In this document: positions 19,119-29,218 of the stretch, one piece after another | Numbering within the stretch: the stretch's first letter is position 1 | Layout of the letters: the number at the start of each line of letters is the position of its first letter | IMG/VR virus record: IMGVR_UViG_3300040801_001888 | Length of the DNA: 64,000 nucleotides | Origin: a virus | Lineage: Duplodnaviria > Heunggongvirae > Uroviricota > Caudoviricetes | Reading direction: 5' to 3' (one strand) | Translations under genes and position numbers: made by a program | The notes under the pieces: model-generated | Databases searched by the model: none | Told to the model about the DNA's origin: nothing | The model's input: the letters and a program-made list of their open reading frames with translations, nothing else

Positions 19119-22100
19119 TCACGCAATCGAACGTCTTCAACCCGTCTGAGCGCGAGATCGTTCTGTACGATGCCGGACAGACGCTGGCGGAGCTTGCGCC
19201 AGAGACCCATCAGCCGTTCATTCTGTTCCTGAACGGCGAGGTGATCCTGCGCGAGCAGTGGGATGATCTCGTTGCGTGCGAGGACGATATCGTCCATTGC
19301 GTCTACCTGCCGGCGGGCGGTGGCGGGGGCGGGGGCAACAAGGCGGCGGGCATCGCGATCGCCGTCATCGCCATCGCGGCGGCGGTCGTTGTCGGTCCAG
19401 CGGCTTTAGCGTTTGCAGGCACTCAGCTCGGTCTCGGCTCTGCGGGCGCTGCTGCTTTCAGTTCCGCAGCCGTTGCCGCGACCACAATGGCAGGCGCCGT
19501 GCTGGTCAACGCGGTCCTGCCCCCGCCGTCGCTTCCTCGGCAGCAGCAGCAAGCCGCACTCGCGGCGCCAAGCCCGACCTATGACCTCAATGCGCAGGGC
19601 AACTACAGCCGCCTCGGGCAGGTAATCCCGGTGCAGTACGGGCGGATGAAATTCTTCCCGGACTACGGTGCGAAGCCGATTTCTGAATACACCGGGCAGG
19701 CTATGAACTTGACCGAACTATTCGTGATCGGTCGCGGATACTACGATATTGAAGAAATACAGCTGGGTGGCGTACCGGTTCAGTCAGTAGGGAATGTGTA
19801 TTACTACATATACAACCCAGGCGAGACTGTCGACACTTTTCCAACTAACCGCATTTTCACGTCAGTCAATGAGTCGGGTCTTCCGTTGCCGAACGGAACG
19901 CCGACCAACGCCTATGAGACCAACCCGCCCGGGACTGTTCTGTCTGGTCGGGTCGTGCTCAATATGGTGTTCCCTAACGGGCTCTATGACATTTATGAGA
20001 GTAACTGGAATGGTGTTCCTGCTGGCGGTCTAGGCGCAGTAACCTTGGGGTGGGATATCCAAGGGCAGGGTATAGCAGACGATGGAACGGTAATAGCTGA
20101 CTGGGATTTGTTGAAAAAGGTATCAGTCCGGGGGGAGACACGCGACCGGCTCGGTGTTACGCACGAGGTAGAAATACCATCTAATTGGCCTCGCGCTCGT
20201 ATTCGCCTGAATTTTTTCCAGGAGACATCGAACACTTACCAGACGATGATGAATGATCTCGTTTGGGTCAGCACGACAGCTTACATCGTAGAGGACTCGG
20301 CGCAAGCTACTGCGTTCGACGACATGACAACGCTTGTTGTCAGGTCTAGCACCGGCGTTAATCAAACGTCAGCACCACAACAGAACCGGAAGGTGTCCGT
20401 CATAGCGACCCGCCGGGTGCCGATCTACGATTCGGGTAGCGGAACGTGGTCGGAACCACAAGCCACGAGAAGTGTTGCGTGGGCGTTCGCGGACGCTGTC
20501 CGCAACGGCACCTACGGCGCAGGGCTGGGCCCGAATGAGTATTCCATTGACGACGTTGTAAAGCTGGCGCAGGAAGCCCAAGGCTGGCGATTCGACGGTC
20601 GCTTCGACAATGCCACCGTGGTGTGGGAAGTCCTTACCCAGATACTCCGGGCGGCACGGGCGCAACCGTACATTCAGGGCGGCGTGCTGCGGATCGCGAA
20701 GGACCGTGACCAGACAACTCCGGTCGCGATGTTCGGTATGCGCAACATCATTAAGGATTCGTTCTCCATGGAGTTCGTCCCGCCTGGCGAAGAGACCGCT
20801 GACATTGTCGCTGTCCAGTACCTAGACGAGGATGTGTGGCTGCCGCGCGTCGTTGCTGCTGCATGGAACGCGGGAGATCCCGTTGACCCGGACGACACCG
20901 AGGTCTTGGTCGACTTGTTCGGCGTCGTGAACCGCGACTACGCCTACAACGAAGCCTACTACCTGGCGCGTGCCAACCGGTTCCGCCGCCGCCTGATCTC
21001 GTTCCGGACCGAGATGGAGGGCTTCATCCCGTCACTCGGCGATCTGATCTCGGTCAGCCACGAGCTACCCTCGTGGGGCGTATCAGGCGAGGTTGTGGGT
21101 ATCGACCCGGACAACAACGCCACGTTGATCCTGAGCGAGCCGCTGGACTGGGCGTCCAACCCGACGCAGTTCCTCGTGCTTCGGCAGCGTGACGGCGTTC
21201 CGCGCAACGTGATGCAGGCTACAAGAGGCGCCACCGACTATCATGCCGTCCTCCAAGCGCCTCAGTCGTTCATCGACACGGGAACAGACCGCGAGCGCAC
21301 GTATTTTGCTGCCGGCGGTACGACCGACAAGCTGGACCGATTGGCTATCGTTACGGGCGTTCGCCCGATCTCGGAGAAAGAGGTCGAGATCTCCGCCACG
21401 ATCGATAGTCTGATGGTGCGTACCTTGCCGCCGGTGGACGCGCCGACTCCCCCCGGACCGCCGCCGATCCAGGAGCCGTGCCTGGCGCCGGTCGTAACCG
21501 ACCTAAGTGTCTCGACCGACCGCGACTTCACAGTTCTCTACATCGCGTTCAGTGCGCCAGAGTGCGCGACGCTGTTCGACTACCAAATCGCGAACACGAT
21601 CACCAGCGACCCGAATGCGATCTTGGACGAAGAGTGGGAGACGATTTTGTGGCAGGACTCCCGGCGTGGTGTGACCGTGCCGAACACCTACGGCGTCGGC
21701 GTGTGGGTGCGCGTGCGTGCCTATGGAGCCACCGTGGGTCCATGGACAGAGCCGGAAGAACTGAAGTTCGTCGCGACGCCCCCAGGCGGCGGGTACGAGC
21801 CGAAGCCGCTATTGGAGCCGCCGACGCCTGTCGACATGGATGCGACTATAGAAGGGTTCCAGTTTCGTCCATTGGCTGCTGGCCTTGAGCCTCACTGGGT
21901 GGACACAGATTCAGAATATTTGAGAGGGGTCAACGTATGGATCAATACAATAGACGACCCTGATACCGCGTGGTTTGTCGCCACTGCTACGGCTACCGTA
22001 ATCGAGCAGGACGCGAACCCCGTCACTCCGGGCTTCTTCGAGGTCTATGGGCTTACCAGTAACACGACCTATTTCGTCTGGTTGCAGTCGGTCAATACAG

Positions 22101-25100
22101 ACGGCGTGGGTGGGCTGTTCTCGGCTCCCGTTATCACTGGCACGACCTATTACACCTGGGAAGACCTTCAAGGTGAGTTAGATGAGTCGTGGTTGACCGA
22201 AGAGCTAAACGACAGAATCGATAATATCGAAGACCTAATGCAAGAGGTCGACGATATACAACAGGAGATAGAAGATTCTAACAAGTTCCTCCAAGACCAG
22301 ATCGATGACCTGAACAATTCGATCGGAGATCTGGAAGGAATCAGCGACTACGACCCGGCTAGGGATTATACAGCTGGCGATCTTGTGGTCTATAACGGGT
22401 TCCTTTTCCGCGCTAATAAAGACATGACGGCGCCAGCTCCGGTGCCGGGGTCTGCTGCGGATGTCGACTCAAACTCGTGGCTCAAGCTGGGCGACTACGA
22501 CTACCTAGCTAGTGACTTGACCGCGCTGACCGCAGTCGTCACGCAGAACACTTCTGATATACAAGAAAACGAAGCTGGCATTGAGGCAAACGCCAGTCAG
22601 ATAACCAGCATACTCGCCAAAGTCGATGACCCAGACACGGGTAACGCTGCGCTCGGTAACGCGGTTGACGCCCTCGGTACGCGCGTCACTACGAACGAAG
22701 GTAACATCCAGGTCAACTCCGGAAAGATCACTGACATCGAGTCACTGGTCTACGATGGAGAGACTGGCAATGTCGCGTTGGCTAGCGTAACAGAACAGCT
22801 GACCACGGACGTCGCCCTGATCGACGGTGAGCTGACCGCGATGGGTGGGCGCCTCACTGTCGTCGAAGCCCAGGTTGGTTCAGGCAACCTAATTACCGAC
22901 GCTAACCTTTCAACCGGGTTCAACTCGTGGACAGAAACAGGCAACACGCCAGTCACTGTGAATTTCTACAGGGACGGCTCGTACGCGCTGATTTCTGACG
23001 GCGAAGAACAAACCGCCGTTATAGCGACTAATGGTGCACAAGGTAGCGATGTAAACTCGTATGGGGAGCTTTACAGCCTATCTATACCAGTCACTCCAGG
23101 CAAACACTATTGCGCTTCTGTTTACGCGATAGGCCAGTATGCAAACGCCAGGCTTCTGATAAAATACTATTCAGCGACCAACACGTACATATTTGCGTCG
23201 GGGACTCCCTCTGCGACTAAGTCTAACCTTAACGGCAATAGGTTGGAAGACTTCGATCGCGTCTTTGTGTTCGATACAGCGCCCATTAACGCTGTTAAAG
23301 CAGTAATCGCTCTTCGCTTATATGCCACGGGGACTGACTCAACGCGAGTGGGCACCGCGAAGTTCGTTCGTCCGATGTTCAACGAGATGTTGACGGACAC
23401 GGCTACCGAGCCACCACTTTGGACGTCAGGCGAAGCACCGGTCAGTGCTGAAATTCGTAAGGTTCAGATTGCTTATGCCGCTGCGGACAGCGCGATTGCC
23501 CAAGACGTCACTACACTAGAAGCCCAAGTAGACTACAACGGTAGCGGAGGTGGGCAGAGTTCTCCTCTTGGGCAGTACGTTGACAGCGTAAAGGTGACCG
23601 CTACTGCTGCTGATAATCTGTCAAAAGCGAATGCACAGTCAATAACGCAGCTTCAAGTTGGCGTTGGTCCTAGTGGCAACCTGCTACAAGACTCTACGTT
23701 CCAACTTAATCCACCGCCTGAAATACCGATGAATGGCGTTAGTACGAACACTCCATGGGAGCGATTTTATAGCAGCGGCACCGATAAAGCCAGCGACCTA
23801 CGATTTCTGAGGCAAAGTACAGACCCGTACAGTTGCTTGGATGGCTACGAAAATGAGGGCACATTTTATCAAGCGGTAGACGCCATCACCACAGGGGCGC
23901 CTTTACGTGTGGGTCTTAGGCAGAAGGTGCCAGCTACCGAAGGGCGTGCCTACATCGCGTCTGCCCACGTCATGATAACGTATAGTGCACAGTCTGCAGC
24001 TACCGTAACAGTCGGGATTAAGTTCTGGAGTTCAAGAACGGTAGAAATAGCGAACTCCACCAGTTTCACTGAAACTAGGCACTACAACAGCAATTTCCAG
24101 TCGCTGAGCGCCTATAAAAGAGCATCAGCTACTAGCCCCATGGTGGCTCCGTCCAATGTTAAATTCGTCAGCATAGAACTGCGCTACACAGCACTGAATA
24201 ATAATGAACCTTCTGGGTCGGCGAAGATAGTTCGTCCTATGTTGTCAGAAGCGACTGACATCAACCAGTCTGAACCTACGCCATGGGCAGCTGGTAGAGA
24301 CCCAGAGGTGTTCGCCGCTATCCAAGAGACCATGACGGTCTGGGCGGAAAAAGTATCAGGCACAGGCACCGGAAGTACTGATGCTGGTGCAACCTATGTA
24401 ATGAAGATCCGGGCTGGATCGCAGTTCAGCGAGGCGCAAGCCGGTTTCGGCATGTCGGCGCTTTACAATTCATCGACTGGTAAGTACGAGACGGACTTCC
24501 GCATAAAAGCTCAGCGGTTCGCGATTCTGGACAACAATTCAAATCTGAGTGGAACTAACTCGGATAACAACTACCCATTCGTGGTGACAGGTGGTGTTTG
24601 CTATATCAAGAATGCTGTCATCCAGAATGGCGCTATCACTACAGTGAAGATCGGTGATGCGCAGATAACAGAAGCGAAAATAGCCAACCTCGCTGTAACC
24701 ACTGCGAAAATAAAAGACGCCAACATAACCGAGGCAAAGATAGGGACCGCTGCTGTAACCAACGCGAAAATAAAAGACGCTCAGATAACCGCTGCGAAGG
24801 TTGCGACAGCGGCAATCGAGACATTGAAAGTGAAAGGCGCAGCGGTAACGTCTGTTTATTTCGCAGATATGGGACAACTTACTGTCACAAGCGCGGCGTG
24901 GGTGAACGGTTCTGGTATCGGCATAGACATGAAAGACAAAGATTCAACTTCAGCGGTGGTTATCACAGTGTCGTACAGTATGGGCGGTACTCAAACTGTG
25001 CAGTCTGAAGTGCGTGTCAGGCGGAACGATGGCTGGTACACCAAGACGAGATCCGCGCAGCTCAATGCTAACACTGGAGCCGTGGTAACCGTGATGCTGA

Positions 25101-25213
25101 TAGACCCGGCCCCTATAAATGGGGCTAACTACTACACATTGGAACTACACACACAGTCTGGTTCCATGACTAGCAACTGGAACTCAATAGCGGTACAAGG
25201 CGCAAAACGATGA
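19109..25213 (+). CDS. central tail fibre / host-specificity protein (lambda I-like N-terminus fused to a J-like body)
   Basis: 2,034 aa; the N-terminal ~100 aa carry a Gly run and hydrophobic stretch (GGGGGGGNKAAGIAIAVIAIAAAVV) like tail assembly protein I; large beta-rich body; the C-terminal third has lower GC and coiled-coil heptad repeats (AKIKDAQITEAKIANLAVTTAKI...). Confidence 0.75.
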   Translation: MQLITQSNVFNPSEREIVLYDAGQTLAELAPETHQPFILFLNGEVILREQWDDLVACEDDIVHCVYLPAGGGGGGGNKAAGIAIAVIAIAAAVVVGPAALAFAGTQLGLGSAGAAAFSSAAVAATTMAGAVLVNAVLPPPSLPRQQQQAALAAPSPTYDLNAQGNYSRLGQVIPVQYGRMKFFPDYGAKPISEYTGQAMNLTELFVIGRGYYDIEEIQLGGVPVQSVGNVYYYIYNPGETVDTFPTNRIFTSVNESGLPLPNGTPTNAYETNPPGTVLSGRVVLNMVFPNGLYDIYESNWNGVPAGGLGAVTLGWDIQGQGIADDGTVIADWDLLKKVSVRGETRDRLGVTHEVEIPSNWPRARIRLNFFQETSNTYQTMMNDLVWVSTTAYIVEDSAQATAFDDMTTLVVRSSTGVNQTSAPQQNRKVSVIATRRVPIYDSGSGTWSEPQATRSVAWAFADAVRNGTYGAGLGPNEYSIDDVVKLAQEAQGWRFDGRFDNATVVWEVLTQILRAARAQPYIQGGVLRIAKDRDQTTPVAMFGMRNIIKDSFSMEFVPPGEETADIVAVQYLDEDVWLPRVVAAAWNAGDPVDPDDTEVLVDLFGVVNRDYAYNEAYYLARANRFRRRLISFRTEMEGFIPSLGDLISVSHELPSWGVSGEVVGIDPDNNATLILSEPLDWASNPTQFLVLRQRDGVPRNVMQATRGATDYHAVLQAPQSFIDTGTDRERTYFAAGGTTDKLDRLAIVTGVRPISEKEVEISATIDSLMVRTLPPVDAPTPPGPPPIQEPCLAPVVTDLSVSTDRDFTVLYIAFSAPECATLFDYQIANTITSDPNAILDEEWETILWQDSRRGVTVPNTYGVGVWVRVRAYGATVGPWTEPEELKFVATPPGGGYEPKPLLEPPTPVDMDATIEGFQFRPLAAGLEPHWVDTDSEYLRGVNVWINTIDDPDTAWFVATATATVIEQDANPVTPGFFEVYGLTSNTTYFVWLQSVNTDGVGGLFSAPVITGTTYYTWEDLQGELDESWLTEELNDRIDNIEDLMQEVDDIQQEIEDSNKFLQDQIDDLNNSIGDLEGISDYDPARDYTAGDLVVYNGFLFRANKDMTAPAPVPGSAADVDSNSWLKLGDYDYLASDLTALTAVVTQNTSDIQENEAGIEANASQITSILAKVDDPDTGNAALGNAVDALGTRVTTNEGNIQVNSGKITDIESLVYDGETGNVALASVTEQLTTDVALIDGELTAMGGRLTVVEAQVGSGNLITDANLSTGFNSWTETGNTPVTVNFYRDGSYALISDGEEQTAVIATNGAQGSDVNSYGELYSLSIPVTPGKHYCASVYAIGQYANARLLIKYYSATNTYIFASGTPSATKSNLNGNRLEDFDRVFVFDTAPINAVKAVIALRLYATGTDSTRVGTAKFVRPMFNEMLTDTATEPPLWTSGEAPVSAEIRKVQIAYAAADSAIAQDVTTLEAQVDYNGSGGGQSSPLGQYVDSVKVTATAADNLSKANAQSITQLQVGVGPSGNLLQDSTFQLNPPPEIPMNGVSTNTPWERFYSSGTDKASDLRFLRQSTDPYSCLDGYENEGTFYQAVDAITTGAPLRVGLRQKVPATEGRAYIASAHVMITYSAQSAATVTVGIKFWSSRTVEIANSTSFTETRHYNSNFQSLSAYKRASATSPMVAPSNVKFVSIELRYTALNNNEPSGSAKIVRPMLSEATDINQSEPTPWAAGRDPEVFAAIQETMTVWAEKVSGTGTGSTDAGATYVMKIRAGSQFSEAQAGFGMSALYNSSTGKYETDFRIKAQRFAILDNNSNLSGTNSDNNYPFVVTGGVCYIKNAVIQNGAITTVKIGDAQITEAKIANLAVTTAKIKDANITEAKIGTAAVTNAKIKDAQITAAKVATAAIETLKVKGAAVTSVYFADMGQLTVTSAAWVNGSGIGIDMKDKDSTSAVVITVSYSMGGTQTVQSEVRVRRNDGWYTKTRSAQLNANTGAVVTVMLIDPAPINGANYYTLELHTQSGSMTSNWNSIAVQGAKR

Positions 25214-25644
25214 ACATACTCATACTTTACGACGATGTTGGGTATATTCGTTCTATTAACGTATTAGAGGATGAAAGAGGCGTTACCCCATTTCTCGATG
25301 TGATTCCACCAGAACTACACTCGTTAGTGGTAGAAGTTGACTCTATGCCAGATCGGTACACCAAGAGAGTTATCGGTAACGAACTCGTCAGTATACCGGA
25401 ACCACCGGCGACAGAAGGGTATGAGTTCAGCCTAGAAAGTATGGAGTGGGTTCCCGATTTACAATTCATGGATGTAAACAACAGGCTGTTTCGTAACCGG
25501 CTGCTTGGTGACTGCGACTGGACGCAGCTTCCTGACGTGCCGTCTGAGACTAGCGAACAGTGGATATCCTATAGACAAGCATTGAGAGATTTACCCGCAC
25601 AACCCGGCTGGCCCAATGACATAGACTGGCCCGAACAACCTTGA
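25210..25644 (+). CDS. tail fibre assembly protein (Tfa-like)
   Basis: The C-terminus DWTQLPDVPSETSEQWISYRQALRDLPAQPGWPNDIDWPEQP matches the conserved Tfa/Caudo_TAP C-terminal motif; low GC, ATGA overlap with the fibre gene. Confidence 0.55.
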   Translation: MNILILYDDVGYIRSINVLEDERGVTPFLDVIPPELHSLVVEVDSMPDRYTKRVIGNELVSIPEPPATEGYEFSLESMEWVPDLQFMDVNNRLFRNRLLGDCDWTQLPDVPSETSEQWISYRQALRDLPAQPGWPNDIDWPEQP

Positions 25645-25654
25645 GGAGATAACC

Positions 25655-26053
25655 ATGCACTTTTTTCTAGTTGATGAGAATGGCCGCATACAAGGATCTG
25701 GTCACAGCATTAACGACGACAAGCCGTTTAACTTCACAGAATCGATGAGCCTAACGATTCTGGACGTACCGTTAGACGCCGACCCGCACGCGCTGTACTC
25801 TATTGAAGGTAATCTGCACCCAAAAGAAGAGATGAACTTCAGCGTACAAGGGAGCCAGGTGATCGGATTGCCAGTCGCGTGCCTGGTGGCGATAACTGGC
25901 ACTGAAGAGATAACCGTCAATATGACAGCAGGAGACTCTATGCTGCCGATGAATAGGGCGGGGATTTACAAGATGGTCTTTCACCCCCATAGCCCCAAGT
26001 ATTATGAGGCTACGGTGGATTTGGAGGTTGGCGTTGCCGAACCGGCATCCTAA
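25655..26053 (+). CDS. hypothetical protein (last gene of the rightward block)
   Basis: 132 aa; RBS ggagataaccATG; low GC like the preceding two genes. Confidence 0.35.
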   Translation: MHFFLVDENGRIQGSGHSINDDKPFNFTESMSLTILDVPLDADPHALYSIEGNLHPKEEMNFSVQGSQVIGLPVACLVAITGTEEITVNMTAGDSMLPMNRAGIYKMVFHPHSPKYYEATVDLEVGVAEPAS

Positions 26054-26319
26054 TCGGCTAGGCTAACGGCAACTTTACCGTACAGCTTTTGCAGCTTGAT
26101 GTCGTCGTTCTCTACAACGAAACTGCCGTCAGGGCCTCGTCTGTAAACGACGACATACCCCTCGGATACGTTGAAAGCGACGCAGTTATCTTCTACGGGC
26201 TCGTCATCCAGTGACACCTTGATGCGCCCGATGAGTCCGGCGTACTCTCTGTGGCTGTCGTTCCAGACATAGCCTGGGTAGCCCGGATCTAGCGATAATT
26301 CGTTTGGCAGTTCAGTCAC
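26050..26319 (-). CDS. hypothetical protein
   Basis: 89 aa; last gene of a leftward 5-6 gene operon. Confidence 0.35.
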   Translation of the reverse strand: MTELPNELSLDPGYPGYVWNDSHREYAGLIGRIKVSLDDEPVEDNCVAFNVSEGYVVVYRRGPDGSFVVENDDIKLQKLYGKVAVSLAD

Positions 26320-26693
26320 AGTAGCACCACTTCTGCATCAACAGCTGTTTCTTCAAGGGTGTCGCCGTTCATGCTCCGCATTCCAGATTTTTCTATGGTC
26401 AAATCAGCAACAGCTAACCCGGTCGCTTTCTCGAATTCCTCCAGCTCCCCGGCGATCCGTTTCTCCATATCGCGTTTTCTGCTGATAATCTCTTGCATTG
26501 TCAGCTCTCCTCCCATCGGTGCGTTCTTCTCTTTGCTGGATTCGTCTACTACGCCTTTGAGAACGAAAACGGTCCTCCAAGGCTCGACGTTGATTTCGTA
26601 TTCAACGACTTTCGCTTCTCTTCCGTCGGCGAGTTGGAAGGCTATTTGCTCACCAGCCTGGATGAGGTCTCTAAGGTCATTGGTTGTATTCAT
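26316..26693 (-). CDS. hypothetical protein
   Basis: 125-aa acidic protein; overlapping stop/start with neighbours. Confidence 0.35.
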   Translation of the reverse strand: MNTTNDLRDLIQAGEQIAFQLADGREAKVVEYEINVEPWRTVFVLKGVVDESSKEKNAPMGGELTMQEIISRKRDMEKRIAGELEEFEKATGLAVADLTIEKSGMRSMNGDTLEETAVDAEVVLL

Positions 26694-27012
26694 CTTGATA
26701 CTCTTTGTTCTCGGGTTTGACGAAGTCCGGCGGTGCTGGGATAAATGCGGTGGTCCAATACAGAACGGCGGTCGCGTACTTCCCGATCGGCGTGCCGTCT
26801 GAATGAATCAGCCACACACGCGTCCCGTTACTGGCCCACACGTACCCGGCTGGCGGAGTTTCTGAACGGTCGTGCCATTCGGCGCCAACAACCACCTGGT
26901 GGTCGGGCCAAGACTGCTTCGCCTCTTCCAGCTCACGTTGCAGTTCAACCACTACCCCACCTAGTGCGGAGCAGTAGTTACTCATTCTTCTTATTGATTC
27001 GCTTAGCATCAT
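26677..27012 (-). CDS. hypothetical protein
   Basis: 111-aa ORF. Confidence 0.35.
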   Translation of the reverse strand: MMLSESIRRMSNYCSALGGVVVELQRELEEAKQSWPDHQVVVGAEWHDRSETPPAGYVWASNGTRVWLIHSDGTPIGKYATAVLYWTTAFIPAPPDFVKPENKEYQDEYNQ

Positions 27013-27023
27013 TGCCGGTCTCC

Positions 27024-27206
27024 TTACAGGATCGAAAGACCCAGGGCTGCCCCCAGCCAGAACCAGATGGAACCCACCTTTTGCGGGGCGGCGGCGGGCT
27101 CTTCGGTCTCGTCTGGGTCATCGGGCTCCTTCGGGCTTTGGTAGTCATCTTCGGGCCACGGCATCGGAAAGTCGACCCGGGGCGGGAACTTGATCACGTT
27201 GCTCAT
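27024..27206 (-). CDS. small membrane protein (C-terminal TM)
   Basis: 60 aa with an acidic N-terminus and C-terminal TM (SIWFWLGAALGLSIL); ATGA overlap with the upstream gene. Confidence 0.4.
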   Translation of the reverse strand: MSNVIKFPPRVDFPMPWPEDDYQSPKEPDDPDETEEPAAAPQKVGSIWFWLGAALGLSIL

Positions 27207-27382
27207 TTTCCGATCCTCCGGGCCTTGAGGGCCTCCATCATCATGTTTCGGCGGGTGCGTCTAAGCCGGAGGTATTTCTCGACTACCTCTGATACGCGTA
27301 CCAAGGCACCAAGCAGGAGTAGCACCCCGGAGATCATCAGGGTGGTCATGAGGAGCGCCTCGATCGGGGAAAGTTCTGTCAT
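27203..27382 (-). CDS. small single-TM protein (not in the ORF track, <60 aa)
   Basis: Hand-translated: MTELSPIEALLMTTLMISGVLLLLGALVRVSEVVEKYLRLRRTRRNMMMEALKARRIGK. RBS gagaggactttctgATG sits directly downstream of the consensus promoter at 27,414-27,442. Confidence 0.35.
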   Translation of the reverse strand: MTELSPIEALLMTTLMISGVLLLLGALVRVSEVVEKYLRLRRTRRNMMMEALKARRIGK

Positions 27383-27413
27383 CAGAAAGTCCTCTCAGGT
27401 TGTTGGAAGCCAG

Positions 27414-27442
27414 ACTATACGATAGCTAGCGTGTCAGTGCAA
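27414..27442 (-). promoter_or_regulatory. sigma70-consensus promoter (TTGCAC-N17-TATAGT) with conserved leader
   Basis: Read on the minus strand: TTGCACTGACACGCTAGCTATCGTATAGT, followed by ...caacctgagaggactttctgATG. Confidence 0.55.
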
Positions 27443-27448
27443 GTGGTT

Positions 27449-28963
27449 TTACTGCTTAGTGCCAAACCCGCGTTCTTTCTGATATTCCTTCATCGCGTCG
27501 CGCAGTGACTTTTGGTCCGCGCTCTTGTTGTCGATCGCGCGACGCACCAGCAGGTCCACGGTATCGTGGGCGAGGATGCGGTGAATGATGACGCTCTTGG
27601 CGGTCTGCCCGGGGCGGCGCAGGCGCCCGTTGATCTGCAGGTACATCTCCAGGTCGTAGGTCAGCCCGAAATGCACCAGCTGGTGCCCGCCGAACTGGAG
27701 GTTCAATCCATGCCCGCTCGATTGCGGACTGGTGCATAGCCCGTCATACCCGCCCGCGTTCCAGTCCTCGATGATCTTCAGCGAGTCGATGTCACTGACG
27801 CCCGGACCCAGGTAGGCAACGCGAAACTTGCCCTTGTAGCGCTTCAGGATGCGCTCGGCGTCGGGGCGGAATGCGTAACTGATGATCACGCCACTGCCCC
27901 CGGACTCCTCCAGGATCTCGTCGAGCGCCTCCAGCTTGGCGTCGTGGACCGGGATCAGGGTCTCGCGCTCCTCGTGGTGGCGCACCACGCCGTTGGCTAC
28001 CTGGCGGCACTTCGCCGTCAGTGCCGCAGCGTTGAAGACCTCCAGTTCCATCTCGTCGAACTCGGCGAACATGTTCGCTTCTAGCTCGTCGTACTGCGCC
28101 CGCGCCTTCGGCGGAAGGTCGATCATGATGTCGTTGGTCACGTAGGGCGGCAGGTCCAGGTAGTCGTCCGAGGTAAGCGACACGGTGATGTCGGCGATCC
28201 GTTGCTCGATCTCCTCCTTGGCGCCAGGGCGTAGCCAGAGGCGGCGCTCGTACTGGTTTTCCTCGAAGTACTGGCGCTTGTAGTCGGTAATGTCGACACC
28301 GAGGCGCTTGCCGCCGTCGACCGCGAGGTACTGCCCGAACAGGTCGATGTAGCCATTGGGCGCCGGCGTGCCGGTGAGCCCGACGCGGCGCGGGGAATAA
28401 TCCAGCATGCAGACGCCGCCCGTCTTGGCGTGCCACGGGCCGATCCTGGCGCCCGTGGGCTTCTTGATCCGCGTGATCTCGTCAAAGATCACCATGTCGA
28501 AGGGCGGGTATCGTCCCTGGTGCAGGAACATCGTGTTGAGGTGGTTGTAGAGCCACGGCAGGGACTCGAAGTTGGTAACCCAGACGTCGTAGGGGCGGGT
28601 CAGCTCGCGCGCCAGCAGCTTCTTGTTCGAGCTGCGCAGGATGCACACCTTCAGGTGCTGGGTGTGCGCCCACTGCCGCGCCTCGATGTGCCAGACCGCC
28701 TCTGCCACCCGCCGAGGGGCGATCACCAGGACGCCTCGGATCATGCCCCAGGCTAAGAGGTCAGTAATAGCGGTTAGGCTGATGCTAGTCTTGCCCAAGG
28801 CTAAATCGACCTGCAGCATACTACCCGGATGCGCCACAATGAAGTCAGCCGCCTTAGTTTGGTACGGGCGCAGCATGGAGCGCGGACGGATTTCGCTATT
28901 CATACTGGTCAATAATGCCCTTGCCGTCCTCGACCGAGTCGCAGACGTAGACTGCCTGCTCAT
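27449..28963 (-). CDS. SNF2-family DNA helicase/translocase
   Basis: Helicase motif I (DLALGKT), motif II DEITRIK (DEAH-like), a C-terminal helicase domain with (Q)xxGRxxRxGQ (LQINGRLRRPGQT). Confidence 0.85.
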   Translation of the reverse strand: MSRQSTSATRSRTARALLTSMNSEIRPRSMLRPYQTKAADFIVAHPGSMLQVDLALGKTSISLTAITDLLAWGMIRGVLVIAPRRVAEAVWHIEARQWAHTQHLKVCILRSSNKKLLARELTRPYDVWVTNFESLPWLYNHLNTMFLHQGRYPPFDMVIFDEITRIKKPTGARIGPWHAKTGGVCMLDYSPRRVGLTGTPAPNGYIDLFGQYLAVDGGKRLGVDITDYKRQYFEENQYERRLWLRPGAKEEIEQRIADITVSLTSDDYLDLPPYVTNDIMIDLPPKARAQYDELEANMFAEFDEMELEVFNAAALTAKCRQVANGVVRHHEERETLIPVHDAKLEALDEILEESGGSGVIISYAFRPDAERILKRYKGKFRVAYLGPGVSDIDSLKIIEDWNAGGYDGLCTSPQSSGHGLNLQFGGHQLVHFGLTYDLEMYLQINGRLRRPGQTAKSVIIHRILAHDTVDLLVRRAIDNKSADQKSLRDAMKEYQKERGFGTKQ

Positions 28964-29216
28964 AGCCGCGCAGCTTGGCGATCTCGCGGTTCTGCGCGTC
29001 GGTCGGTTTTTCGCCTTCCCGCTTGAACTCGATGAAGAACACCACGCCGTCGGGGCTGACGAACACCCGGTCGGGCACGCTGCGGTGGTTGGGCGACTGG
29101 AACTTGTAGACCAGGAAGTCCTTCTTCCTGGCGTACATGCACACGGCTGCCTCGATGTAGCGCTCCAGGGGGCGCTTGTCCGGGGCGCGGAGCTTCTTTG
29201 GCGCGGGTAACGCCAT
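28896..29216 (-). CDS. VRR-NUC domain nuclease
   Basis: ...VFVSPDGVVFFIEFKREGEKPTDAQ... is the D...E.K core of the VRR-NUC PD-(D/E)XK family; commonly paired with SNF2 helicases in phage replication modules. Confidence 0.7.
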   Translation of the reverse strand: MALPAPKKLRAPDKRPLERYIEAAVCMYARKKDFLVYKFQSPNHRSVPDRVFVSPDGVVFFIEFKREGEKPTDAQNREIAKLRGYEQAVYVCDSVEDGKGIIDQYE

Positions 29217-29218
29217 GG

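Noticed and set aside
24539-24877. Minus-strand 112-aa ORF inside the C-terminal coiled-coil repeats of the central fibre gene
   Set aside because: Generated by the 63-bp AKIKDAQITEAKI repeats; Cys/Tyr/Phe-rich nonsense composition; no start context.
27792-28756. Arg/Pro-rich ORFs overlapping the SNF2 helicase gene in other frames (27,792-28,436; 28,138-28,485; 28,430-28,756)
   Set aside because: Typical high-GC alternative-frame artefacts fully contained in a well-supported helicase gene; biased RPGA composition.
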